From positions 2,998-66,997 of IMG/VR virus record IMGVR_UViG_3300046171_000185: DNA of 64,000 nucleotides. The stretch is one strand, 5' to 3'. This document shows positions 55,208 to 64,000 of the stretch, piece after piece. The translations under genes were made by a program, and so were the position numbers. Below the pieces are notes generated by a model, which saw only the letters and a program-made list of their open reading frames with translations, made no database searches and was not told where the DNA came from. Every line of letters begins with the position of its first letter. Position 1 is the stretch's first letter. This stretch comes from a virus.

Positions 55208-55208
55208 G

Positions 55209-55895
55209 ATGAAACTGAAACCTACAATTATGAAACTGTCTGACAAAACCATTTCAGTTCTGAAGAACTTCTCTTCAATCAATCAATCAATTCTTTTCAA
55301 AGAAGGGAACAAACTTCGCACCATTAGTGTGATGAAGAACATTCTTGCTGAGGCAACTGTCACAGAAGAATTTATGAAAGATTTTGGGATCTATGATCTC
55401 AATCAATTCCTTAATGGATTGAGTTTGCATTCAAGTCCTGAACTTGACTTTGCAAATAGTGGATATGTGATGATCCGTGAAGGTAAATCCCGTTCGAAGT
55501 ATTTCTTTGCAGATCCTAATGTCATTGTTACTCCTCCTGATAAAGACATTACACTTCCTAGCGAAGATGTGTGCTTTGAGATTAGCACAGAACAACTTGA
55601 TAAACTGCTGAAAGCAGCTGCTGTCTATCAACTTCCTGATATCTCTGCCGTTGGTGAGGGTGGTGTAATTAAGTTGGTTGTTCGAGACAAGAAGAATGAT
55701 ACGTCTAATGACTTTGCTATTGTTGTTGGAGAGACTACGAATGAATTTTCCTTCAATTTCAAAGTGGAAAATATCAAAGTTCTCCCTGGAACTTATGAAG
55801 TTGTTGTGTCAAAAAAACTTCTGTCTCGATTTGAATCAAAAAATCATGATTTGACTTATTATATTGCTCTAGAACCTGATTCTACTTTCGACTGA
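55209..55895 (+). CDS. gp45: Sliding clamp gp45
   Basis: MKLSDKTISVLKNFSSINQSILF, FGIYDLNQFL and YYIALEPDS. Confidence 0.93.
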   Translation: MKLKPTIMKLSDKTISVLKNFSSINQSILFKEGNKLRTISVMKNILAEATVTEEFMKDFGIYDLNQFLNGLSLHSSPELDFANSGYVMIREGKSRSKYFFADPNVIVTPPDKDITLPSEDVCFEISTEQLDKLLKAAAVYQLPDISAVGEGGVIKLVVRDKKNDTSNDFAIVVGETTNEFSFNFKVENIKVLPGTYEVVVSKKLLSRFESKNHDLTYYIALEPDSTFD

Positions 55896-55911
55896 TTTTA
55901 ACTAATTTATT

Positions 55912-56854
55912 ATGCGTAATGAGTTTCTTTGGGTGGAAAAATACCGCCCTCAGACAATTGAAGACTGTATTCTCCCTGAAAGCATTAAGAAAACTTTTCA
56001 GGGTTTTTTATCTAAAGGTGAAGTACCTAACATGCTGCTTGCTGGTCCTGCAGGATGTGGTAAAACAACTGTAGCAAAAGCACTGTGTAACGAACTGGGG
56101 GTAGATGTTTATGTCATCAACGGATCCGATGAGGGACGCTTTCTTGATACGGTCAGAAATACTGCAAAAAATTTCGCTTCGACCGTCTCACTTCAAGCAA
56201 CTGGCAAACACAAAGTCATCATCATCGATGAGGCTGATAACACAACAAACGACGTACAACTCTTACTTAGGGCGTTTACAGAGGAGTTTTCTGGCAACTG
56301 CAGATTCATCTTTACCTGCAATTTCAAAAACAAAATTATCGAACCCCTCCATTCTCGTTGTGCCGTCATTGAATTTCAATTGGAGGAAAGCAAAACCTCT
56401 CATTGCCTCGCAATTCTTCAAACGAGTACAGACCATCCTGGATACGGAGGGTATTAAATATGAGCCGAAAGTTCTTGTTGAACTCATTAACAAACATTTT
56501 CCCGATTGGAGGAGGGTCCTCAACGAATGCCAAAGGTATTCAGCAGGGGGTCAAATTGACTCAGGAATCCTAGCACATTTTTCGGACGTAAAAGTAAATG
56601 ACTTGGTTAAAAAACTTAAAGACAAGGACTTCCCCGAAGTACGTAAATGGATCGTTAACAATTTGGATAACGATACTAACGTTCTCCTTCGTCGCATTTA
56701 CGATGCTTGTTATGATGCCTTGGTTCCGAATAGTGTTCCTGCTGCTGTGCTTTGTCTGGCTAAGTATCAATATCAGATGGCGTTCGTGGCGGATCAGGAA
56801 ATAAACATGCTCGCTTGTCTTACAGAGATTATGGTGGAGTGTGAGTTCAAATGA
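55912..56854 (+). CDS. gp44: Clamp loader large subunit gp44 (frameshift near 56380)
   Basis: LWVEKYRP, GPAGCGKTT, IIDEAD, PLHSRC and FPDWRRVLNECQRY. Confidence 0.94.
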
Positions 56855-57036
56855 CAGAAGAACAATTAGAGCACGAACGGTGTGTGGATGATGATTATAA
56901 TGTAATCAATCATTACTATCGTGCTAAATATTGGCACCCAGATATTCCATTCTTTCTCCAAGATGAAAAAGGAGATACCTATGAATTCGGATGGAGTTTG
57001 ATTTATCAGTACATTGAGAAATTGACTAATGGCTAA
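56851..57036 (+). CDS. Hypothetical protein
   Basis: 61-aa ORF with an ATGA overlap. Confidence 0.6.
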   Translation: MTEEQLEHERCVDDDYNVINHYYRAKYWHPDIPFFLQDEKGDTYEFGWSLIYQYIEKLTNG

Positions 57037-57044
57037 AGAAAAAA

Positions 57045-57233
57045 GTGAAGGCACAAGTAAAGTCTAGATTTTATTATGTGTTTTGGGGCACTGCCACCGT
57101 TGCAGTAGTCCTCGGTCAACTTTATGTTGGCACAGGATATCGAGTTTTACATAGTGGTATCCAAGATCTACTTGGTAAAGTTGATGGAGTGCTTCTCCAT
57201 GCAACACCCGATAATGAACCTAAATTTTATTGA
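57045..57233 (+). CDS. Small putative membrane protein
   Basis: Hydrophobic stretch FYYVFWGTATVAVVLGQLYVG. Confidence 0.6.
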   Translation: MKAQVKSRFYYVFWGTATVAVVLGQLYVGTGYRVLHSGIQDLLGKVDGVLLHATPDNEPKFY

Positions 57234-57523
57234 TTATGAACGTCAAAGTTATTCGTATGTGGTCTGGCGAAGATGTCGTCGCTGACCTTGTAAAAGAGAG
57301 TGATGAAACTATCACTGTATGCAATCCTATTGTTGCTGTTCCGACTAGAGATGGTCAGATGGGATTTGCACCATGGGCACCCCTTCTCTCTGGAAAGAAT
57401 GTAGATCTTGATATTGCCCGAAAGTATGTTGTTTATATTTCGGAAACTCAAGAAGAAATTGAAGAGAATTATACTCAAATGTTCTCCACTATTCAAACTC
57501 CAAGTAAAAAATTGATTGTGTGA
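57230..57523 (+). CDS. Conserved hypothetical protein, Sm-like beta-barrel family
   Basis: VKVIRMWSGEDVVADL...NPIVAV...FAPWAP. Confidence 0.7.
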   Translation: MIMNVKVIRMWSGEDVVADLVKESDETITVCNPIVAVPTRDGQMGFAPWAPLLSGKNVDLDIARKYVVYISETQEEIEENYTQMFSTIQTPSKKLIV

Positions 57524-58374
57524 TGAAGTCTCATAAGACTCCTTTGAGGTATCCTGGTGGCAAGTCGCGTGCTTGCACTAAGATGGATCAATATCTCTTG
57601 AAGGTATCTGACTGTAGAGAATACAGAGAACCATTTCTGGGTGGTGGTAGCGTTGCAATTTATATTACTAAGAAATATCCTAAACTAGATATTTGGGTTA
57701 ATGATTTGTATGAACCTCTTTATAATTTTTGGAGAGTTCTTCAAGATGATGGTAATGCTTTATATGAAACATTATGTGATTTAAAATCTAGACATCCAGA
57801 ACCAGAATCTGCAAAAGAACTATTCTTAAAATCAAAGGAGTATTTAAATGACGAATCCAATAATGACTCTTTACAGCGTGCTGTCAGTTTTTATACTATC
57901 AATAAGTGTTCTTTTTCTGGTCTCACCGAGTCATCCTCCTTCAGCAAACAAGCAAGTGACTCAAACTTCTCAATGCGAGGAATCGAAAAACTCCCAGGAT
58001 ACACAAAGATAATTGAGAACTGGAAAATTACTAACTGGTCATATGAATCGCTTCTAACTGATCGTAGAGATGTGTTTACATATCTGGATCCTCCATACGA
58101 TATTAAAGATAATCTTTATGGGAAGAAAGGGAGTATGCACAATGGATTTAACCATGATGATTTTGCTTCCGATTGTGATAGGTACATTGGTGATCAACTT
58201 GTATCTTACAACTCTTCCAATCTGGTTAAAGAAAGATTTGACGGATGGAATGCAGGCGAGTTTGATTTGACTTACACTATGCGGTCTGTAGGTGAGTATA
58301 TGCGAGAGCAAAAAGATCGTAAGGAACTTTTACTTTATAATTATGGAATTGAAGGATTGGCTACATTCAATTAA
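57520..58374 (+). CDS. dam: DNA adenine methyltransferase (Dam/D12 class)
   Basis: LRYPGGKS, EPFLGGGSV, VND and catalytic YLDPPY. Confidence 0.9.
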   Translation: MMKSHKTPLRYPGGKSRACTKMDQYLLKVSDCREYREPFLGGGSVAIYITKKYPKLDIWVNDLYEPLYNFWRVLQDDGNALYETLCDLKSRHPEPESAKELFLKSKEYLNDESNNDSLQRAVSFYTINKCSFSGLTESSSFSKQASDSNFSMRGIEKLPGYTKIIENWKITNWSYESLLTDRRDVFTYLDPPYDIKDNLYGKKGSMHNGFNHDDFASDCDRYIGDQLVSYNSSNLVKERFDGWNAGEFDLTYTMRSVGEYMREQKDRKELLLYNYGIEGLATFN

Positions 58375-58711
58375 TTTTAGCAAAGAGGATTTACGTGAGG
58401 ACATTAGGTCTTACCCTCCATATATCGTTAATCGTTGTCTGTCTGGGCACCTTGATTGCGTCATGTTCGCTAATGAAATGAATAAGTATAACTTTCTTGA
58501 TAAAGATATGCAATATTCTTTTTATCTAAATAGTCTGAGGAAACGAAAGAGGTTCTCTCCTTGGCTCCGAAAGGATAAAGTCCAGGATTTAGAATGTGTC
58601 AAACAATACTATGGTTATAGTAATGAGAAGGCATCTCAGGCTCTGAAAATTCTGACAAACGAACAGATTAACTTTATTAAACAACGACTTGATGTTGGAG
58701 GAATGAAATGA
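58343..58711 (+). CDS. gp62: Clamp loader small subunit gp62
   Basis: YPPYIVNRCLS, ANEMN, LRKRKRFSPW and YYGYSNEKA; lies upstream of regA. Confidence 0.9.
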   Translation: MELKDWLHSINFSKEDLREDIRSYPPYIVNRCLSGHLDCVMFANEMNKYNFLDKDMQYSFYLNSLRKRKRFSPWLRKDKVQDLECVKQYYGYSNEKASQALKILTNEQINFIKQRLDVGGMK

Positions 58712-59149
58712 CTACTGTGGAACCTACAGTTGAGTGGTCTCAGGACCAAATGGTGGAAGTACTTCTTAATGAACCTGATGACTTTTTAAAGGTTCGTGAG
58801 ACATTGACAAGAATTGGAGTTGCATCACGCAAGGAAAAGAAACTCTATCAGTCTTGTCACATCCTGCATAAGCAAGGAAGATATTTTATCGTTCACTTTC
58901 AAAGAGTTGTTGCCCTGGATGGTAAGAGAGCAAATCTTACACTGAATGATGTACAACGTCGCAATCGTATCACACGCCTCCTTGCTGACTGGGGACTTAT
59001 CTCAGTCGGTAAAGGAAGATACTGTTGCAGACATTGCACCTCTGAATCAAATCAAAGTTCTTGCATATCAGGATAAAGGTGATTGGATTCTTGAGCAGAA
59101 GTATAATATTGGTAAGAAGACTAAACCCCAAGAAGAAGTCAATAAATAA
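58708..59149 (+). CDS. regA: Translational repressor RegA (frameshifted)
   Basis: PDDFLKVRETLTRIGVAS, LYQSCHILHKQGRYFIVHF, RRNRI...LLADWGL and C-terminal KYNIG. Confidence 0.93.
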
Positions 59150-59229
59150 GACTGAGACCTTTCGTGCGGTCTCTACGAAAGTCGGAACACCCTATAAAGA
59201 GGTTCGGTTATTACCGTTCCTCTTTTTTT
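59141..59229 (+). ncRNA. Candidate ~75-nt late small RNA with its own promoter and terminator
   Basis: AATAAATA at 59141-59148; hairpin GAGACC/GGTCTC whose loop TTTCGT is complementary to downstream ACGAAA; terminator AAAGAGG..CCTCTTTTTTT at 59196-59229. Confidence 0.55.
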
Positions 59230-59237
59230 GTTTATGT

Positions 59238-59306
59238 TATAAATATATCGGATGCCTTCGGGGTCCACAAAACACAAACTCGCTTTTAAAGGAGCTAAGA
59301 ATCATG
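59238..59306 (+). promoter_or_regulatory. hsp20 leader: late promoter, UUCG hairpin and ROSE-like SD-masking hairpin
   Basis: TATAAATA at 59238-59245; GGATGCC-TTCG-GGGTCC at 59250-59266; CTCGCTT (59279-59285) can pair with AAGGAG (59289-59294). Confidence 0.6.
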
Positions 59307-59740
59307 GGAAACCTTACAAGGTATACTGCTGCAGATCTTGCCTGTGCTATTAGATAAAATTTCTAAAAACTAGCATTGGTATGCATGATTACCTAAATAG
59401 AGTGTTCGACCTACATGAGACACAGACAAACTACCCTCCCTATAACTTAATTGAGGTTAGTAATGTAGAGTCGCTACTAGAAATTGCACTTGCAGGATTT
59501 AAGAAGAAAGAAGTAAATGTCTACACACAAGACGGAAAACTCTTCATTGAAGGGCAGAAAGAAGACAAAGAAACAGGAACAAACTACATCCATAGAGGAA
59601 TGGCTCAACGATCTTTCACCAGATCTTGGACCCTCAGTGATGAGACGGAAGTTAGATCAGTTGAATTTGAGGATGGGCTCTTAACAGTGGTTCTTGGTAG
59701 AATTGTTCCAGAATATCACAAGCGTAAGGACTGGTTCTAA
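59304..59740 (+). CDS. hsp20: Small heat-shock protein (Hsp20/IbpA family; 5' frameshifts)
   Basis: MGNLTRYTAADL..., NYPPYNLI, LEIALAGF, YIHRGMAQRSFTRSW and FEDGLL. Confidence 0.92.
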
Positions 59741-59763
59741 ATAGAATTGAATATCGTCGCCGC

Positions 59764-59804
59764 GAGGGGCAACTGGCAAAATCCAGTTGACGCCCCTCTT
59801 TTTT
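59764..59804 (+). terminator. Long terminator hairpin after hsp20
   Basis: GAGGGGC-AACTGG-caaaat-CCAGTT-gac-GCCCCTC followed by TTTTTT. Confidence 0.8.
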
Positions 59805-59815
59805 CTTGATAGAAT
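59787..59815 (+). promoter_or_regulatory. Sigma70-type promoter (TTGACG-17-TAGAAT) overlapping the terminator
   Basis: The -35 lies in the hairpin 3' arm and the -10 is at 59810-59815; it points into the gp43 operon. Confidence 0.65.
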
Positions 59816-59834
59816 AGAGGAAAATACAAATCTT

Positions 59835-60014
59835 ATGACTAAAAAGCAATTTGTAAGTAATAAGGGTGAGACTTGGGAGTGGGAAGAAACCCCTGAAACA
59901 GAAGCAGCATTGAAAGCGTTGCGTGAAACTGAAAAGAGGAACGCAACCGAACGTCTTCATTCAGATATCCGCGAACTGGAACTGAAAGCACCTGATTATG
60001 GAGTTGGTAAATGA
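59835..60014 (+). CDS. Small hypothetical protein
   Basis: MTKKQFVSNKGETWEWEET...; GAGG lies upstream. Confidence 0.6.
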   Translation: MTKKQFVSNKGETWEWEETPETEAALKALRETEKRNATERLHSDIRELELKAPDYGVGK

Positions 60015-60385
60015 CTATTAAATTTATTGTTTTAAAATCTGGAGAACAACTTATCTCTGATATTAAAGAGATGGCTGTCGGGGAAGAAGATGATCAAAAA
60101 GTTGTTGGTTACTTTCTTCACAGACCATGTATTGTTAAGATGAAAAATCCTGGAGTAATTGATCAGGAAAAAAGCAAAACTAAAGCAGGGTTTGAAGTAA
60201 CTTTGATTCCTTGGCTTTCTTTAACCCAAGATGAAGTTATTCCTATTCCCTCAGATTGGTTGGTGACTCTAGTAGAACCAGTTCCCCAACTTACACAAAT
60301 GTACACCGAAGATGTTTTAAATTATGGAAAAGACAATCAAAGCGATTCTGCTGACGAACAACCAGGTATTGGTATCACAAATTGA
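60011..60385 (+). CDS. Conserved hypothetical protein, Sm-like beta-barrel family
   Basis: IKFIVLKSGEQLISDIKE...HRPCIV...LIPWL...WLVTLVEP. Confidence 0.7.
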   Translation: MTIKFIVLKSGEQLISDIKEMAVGEEDDQKVVGYFLHRPCIVKMKNPGVIDQEKSKTKAGFEVTLIPWLSLTQDEVIPIPSDWLVTLVEPVPQLTQMYTEDVLNYGKDNQSDSADEQPGIGITN

Positions 60386-60584
60386 TGAGGTTGCTGCTTC
60401 AGTTCCTGGAGAACCAGATTGTAAACTGACCAATCCTTTTCTTCTAGTAGAAGGTGGTATGTTAGAATCTTGGATGATGGATGCAACCAGAGAAGATGTC
60501 TTTATGATTAGTTCCGACAAGATTCTGACTCTTGTAACGCCCACACCAACACTAGTAGAAAAATACGAGGACCTAACAAAGTAA
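60324..60584 (+). CDS. Conserved hypothetical protein, Sm-like beta-barrel family
   Basis: IKAILLTNNQVLVSQIDE...LTNPFLL...LESWM...KILTLVTP. Confidence 0.7.
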   Translation: MEKTIKAILLTNNQVLVSQIDEVAASVPGEPDCKLTNPFLLVEGGMLESWMMDATREDVFMISSDKILTLVTPTPTLVEKYEDLTK

Positions 60585-60817
60585 TGGCACTATCTAAAAG
60601 CACCCTAGATCATTTACTTGAGGCAAAGTCTCATATCAGGGCAGCGATTAAGTCCGCTGCAGTAAATGAAAAACCTATGGTTGTAAAAAATCTTTCTGAT
60701 ATCCTAATGAATATGGAGCAGACAGAGAAATTTGATGAGATCATGGATATGATTGATAACCGTGACCCTGGTAGTAACGGTATGTTTGGTTCTTTTTTTA
60801 ATGATGATAACGAATGA
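60584..60817 (+). CDS. Hypothetical helical protein
   Basis: 77-aa ORF coupled to both neighbours. Confidence 0.65.
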   Translation: MALSKSTLDHLLEAKSHIRAAIKSAAVNEKPMVVKNLSDILMNMEQTEKFDEIMDMIDNRDPGSNGMFGSFFNDDNE

Positions 60818-63310
60818 AGTTCTACACTAATGTTCAGTTAATTGGCAATCAGTTTTTGGTTCGTGGAGTTGATAATGGTAATAGATTTGAGTTTAGGGAT
60901 GAGTTCTTCCCTACACTCTTTGTAAAATCAAAAAAAGATACCCAATATAGAACATTAAATGGAGAAGTAGTAGAGAAGATTCATCCTGGCACCGTTCGCG
61001 ATTGTCGTGACTTCTATAAGAAGTATGATGAAGTTGATGGATTTGAGATCTATGGAAATGATCGATACATCTATCAATACATTTCAGAGAAGTATCCTGA
61101 GAATGAGATTAAGTTCGATATCAGTCAGATTAAACTGGTAACTCTTGATATTGAGACCACTGCAGAGAGAGGATTCCCTGATGTAGAGTCTGCATCAGAG
61201 GAGATTCTTGCGATTACGATTCAGGACTATACAACCAAGCAGATTACTACTTGGGGTGTCAAACCTTTTCTGAATAAGCAAAAGAACGTTACTTATCATC
61301 ATTGCCCTACAGAGCATGAACTTCTGAGTCACTTCATCAATCACTGGATGCAGGATGTTCCTGATGTGGTGACTGGTTGGAACATTCAACTGTTCGATAT
61401 CCCATACATCTGTAAGCGCCTCAACAGGGTGCTTGGAGAGAAGTTGATGAAGAGATTCTCTAACTGGGGTCTTGTGACCGAAGGAGAAGTTTATATTCAA
61501 GGTAGAAAGCAAACAACTTTTGATGTTGGTGGGTTGACTCAACTTGACTATCTTGATCTGTATAAGAAGTTTACATATAAAGCACAAGAATCATATCGCC
61601 TTGACTACATAGCTGAGGTTGAGTTGGGTCAAAAGAAACTAGATCACTCTGAGTTTGAGACCTTTAAAGATTTCTATACTCAAGGGTGGCAGAAGTATAT
61701 TGAATATAATATCGTTGACGTAGAACTTGTTGACCGACTGGAAGACAAGATGAAATTGATTGAACTTGCACTGACTATGGCATATGATGCCAAGGTCAAC
61801 TATGCAGATGTGTTCTATCAGGTTCGTATGTGGGACAACATAATCTATAATTATCTGAAGAAACGGGATATTGTTATTCCTCCCAAAGATTCGGTCTGAT
61901 AAAAACGAAAAGTACGCAGGTGCTTATGTCAAGGAACCGATTCCAGGAAAGTATGATTGGGTTGTCAGTTTTGACCTTAATAGTCTATATCCTCATCTTA
62001 TTATGCAGTACAACATCTCCCAGAGACGCTTCTTGACGAGAAGACATCCCACAGCAACAGTTGATAGAATACTTGATGAGGAGATAAACTTTGAGTTGTA
62101 TAAAGATAATGCAGTCTGTGCCAATGGTGCAATGTACCGCAAAGATGTTCGTGGGTTCCTACCAGAACTCATGGATAAGATGTATAGTGAGCGGGTAATC
62201 TTTAAGAAGCGAATGCTTCAGGCAAAGCAAGCATATGAGAAGACACCTACTAAGACACTGGAGAAAGAGATTGCCCGGTGCAACAATATCCAGATGGCTA
62301 AGAAGATTTCACTCAACTCTGCTTATGGTGCTATCGGTAATCAGTATTTTAGGTACTATAAACTGGCCAATGCGGAGGCGATTACGCTTTCTGGTCAAGT
62401 CTCTATCCGTTGGATTGAGAGTAAGATGAACCAGTATCTAAATAAACTGTTGTCTACAACCGACGAGGACTACGTAATTGCATCTGACACAGATTCAATT
62501 TATCTTAATCTCGGACCTCTTGTTGATAAATTTTTTGCTAATAAGTCTGGTGATAAAGCAAAGGTCGTTGAACTACTTGATATGGTATGCCGCGACAAGT
62601 TGGAACCGTACATCGACAAGTGTTATAACGACTTGGCAACGTATGTATCGGCGTATGATCAGAAAATGCAAATGAAGCGTGAGAATATCGCTGATCGTGG
62701 TATCTGGACTGCTAAGAAGCGATATATTCTTAATGTGTGGAATAGTGAGGGTGTTGCTTATGCAGAACCTAAACTTAAGATGATGGGTATTGAAGCAGTC
62801 AAATCATCCACTCCTGCACCATGTAGGAAGATGATTAAGGATGCTCTGAAGTTGATGATGAGTGGAACTGAGGAAGATGTTATCGACTTTATTGACAAGT
62901 CTCGTAAAGAGTTTAAAGAACTTCCTCCCGAACAGATTGCTTTCCCGCGATCAGTTTCTGATGTTGTGAAATATAGATCTTCTTCTGACATCTATGCTAA
63001 GGGAACACCTATTCACTGTCGTGGAGCACTTTTGTACAATTATTATATCAAGAAGAACAAACTTGAAAACAAATACTCTCTAATTCAAAATGGAGAGAAG
63101 ATCAAATTTTGTTATTTGAAAAAACCCAATATCATTCATGAGAATATTATCTCATTCATTCAAGAGTTCCCTAAAGAACTCAACCTTGACAAGTACATTG
63201 ACTATGACCTACAATTTGAGAAGTCCTTTGTCGAACCGCTGAAAGCAATCCTTGATGCTATTGGTTGGAATGTCGAAAAAACTGTAAACCTGGAATTATT
63301 TTTCTCCTAA
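60814..63310 (+). CDS. gp43: Family B DNA polymerase gp43 (frameshift near 61890)
   Basis: Exonuclease motifs LDIET, GWNIQLFDIPY and YNIVDV; polymerase motifs SFDLNSLYP, KISLNSAYG, SDTDS and KKRY; C-terminal clamp-binding-like LELFF. Confidence 0.96.
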
Positions 63311-63481
63311 TGGACCTACCTATTAACGACAAAGAACTTGGCTACTATTATTAGTGCTATGCGTCTCGGGGGAGATGCTGCCCTTTATCAAAAACTGAAA
63401 AGGATTAAGGACATCCGTGATGCTAACCCAGGCGGACCTTACAAAAAAATTGCCCGCGAAGAATTTGGAATTGTTATTTAA
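63310..63481 (+). CDS. Small hypothetical protein (frameshifted)
   Basis: MDLPINDKEL-ATIISAMRLGGDAALYQKLKRIK...EEFGIVI*; overlaps the gp43 stop and the uvsX start. Confidence 0.5.
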
Positions 63482-64000
63482 TGGATTTTTTAAAAGAGAT
63501 TGTAAAAGAGATTGGCGATGACTATACCAAACTCGCAAGAGACATCGACGACACAGAAACTTTCGTGGACACAGGTTCGTACATCTTTAACGGACTTTGT
63601 TCAGGTAGTATATTTGGTGGCGTATCTGGGAATAAGATTACTGCCATTGCTGGGGAGTCTAGCTACTGGAAAAACTTTCTTCAGCTTGGCAGTCGTCAAG
63701 AATTTCCTTGATTCTAATCCTGATGGTTATTGTCTATATTTTGACACTGAAGCCGCTGTTAACAAGGGTCTTATCGCAAGTCGTGGGGTAGACATGGATC
63801 GCCTTGTGGTGGTCAATGTTGTCACCATTGAGGAGTTTAGAACCAAGGCACTGAAGGCAGTAGACATATACTTAAAAAAATCTGAAGAAGAACGCAGACC
63901 CTGTATGTTTGTGTTAGACTCTCTTGGTATGCTTTCCACAGAGAAGGAGATTCGTGATGCACTAGACGACAAGCAAGTCAGGGACATGACCAAATCTCAA
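63481..64000 (+). CDS. uvsX: RecA-like recombinase UvsX (partial, frameshift near 63662)
   Basis: FVDTGSYIFN, ITAIAGES-STGKTF, YFDTEAA and FVLDSLGMLST. Confidence 0.92.

Noticed and set aside
57520-58374. Restriction-modification system around dam
   Set aside because: There is no adjacent endonuclease, and orphan Dam methylases are common in T4-like phages.
61860-61910. Split DNA polymerase, intron or intein in gp43
   Set aside because: The two ORFs overlap and join by a one-base repair (IVIPPK-IRSDK). There is no inserted sequence.
1102-63993. Minus-strand ORFs in the six-frame track
   Set aside because: They all lie opposite well-supported plus-strand genes and have no recognisable motifs. 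They are antisense shadows.
119-64000. Many split genes (gp6, gp7-like, gp18, gp19, gp20, gp55, gp47, gp46, gp44, regA, hsp20, gp43, uvsX) read as pseudogenes or programmed frameshifts
   Set aside because: The breaks hit essential genes indiscriminately. Those I examined are mostly single extra or missing bases, often in short homopolymers, and they cluster in patches (about 7.1-8.0 kb and 49.5-50.1 kb). This pattern is typical of long-read consensus error.

Overview
This window is a 64-kb, entirely plus-strand segment of a T4-like marine cyanomyovirus genome (Kyanoviridae-like; a Synechococcus/Prochlorococcus host is inferred from gene order and content). About 1-47 kb is the late virion module: gp25 end, gp6, a giant gp7-like protein, gp8, a VrlC-like protein, gp13-gp23, gp3, uvsY and uvsW, with NATAAATA/CTAAATA late promoters. 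About 47-64 kb is the replication and regulation module: gp55, gp47, gp46, a peptidase-vWA gene plus a CobS-like AAA ATPase, gp45, gp44, dam, gp62, regA, hsp20, gp43 and uvsX. Many essential genes are broken by single-base indels, which I read as long-read consensus errors and have re-joined. No tRNA, CRISPR array or integrase was seen. The most notable unexplained signals are: (1) an RNA-regulation cluster around regA-hsp20, with two candidate small RNAs, a ROSE-like thermometer and four paralogous Sm-like proteins in the region; (2) a G-[IVLM]-[GAST]-[ST] motif recurring through unrelated virion proteins; (3) a candidate protease-processed polyprotein of basic Cys-containing modules between the terminase genes; (4) a consensus antisense promoter at the late/early junction; (5) an NblA-like small protein. 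All calls come from manual reading and recalled family motifs; no database searches were run.
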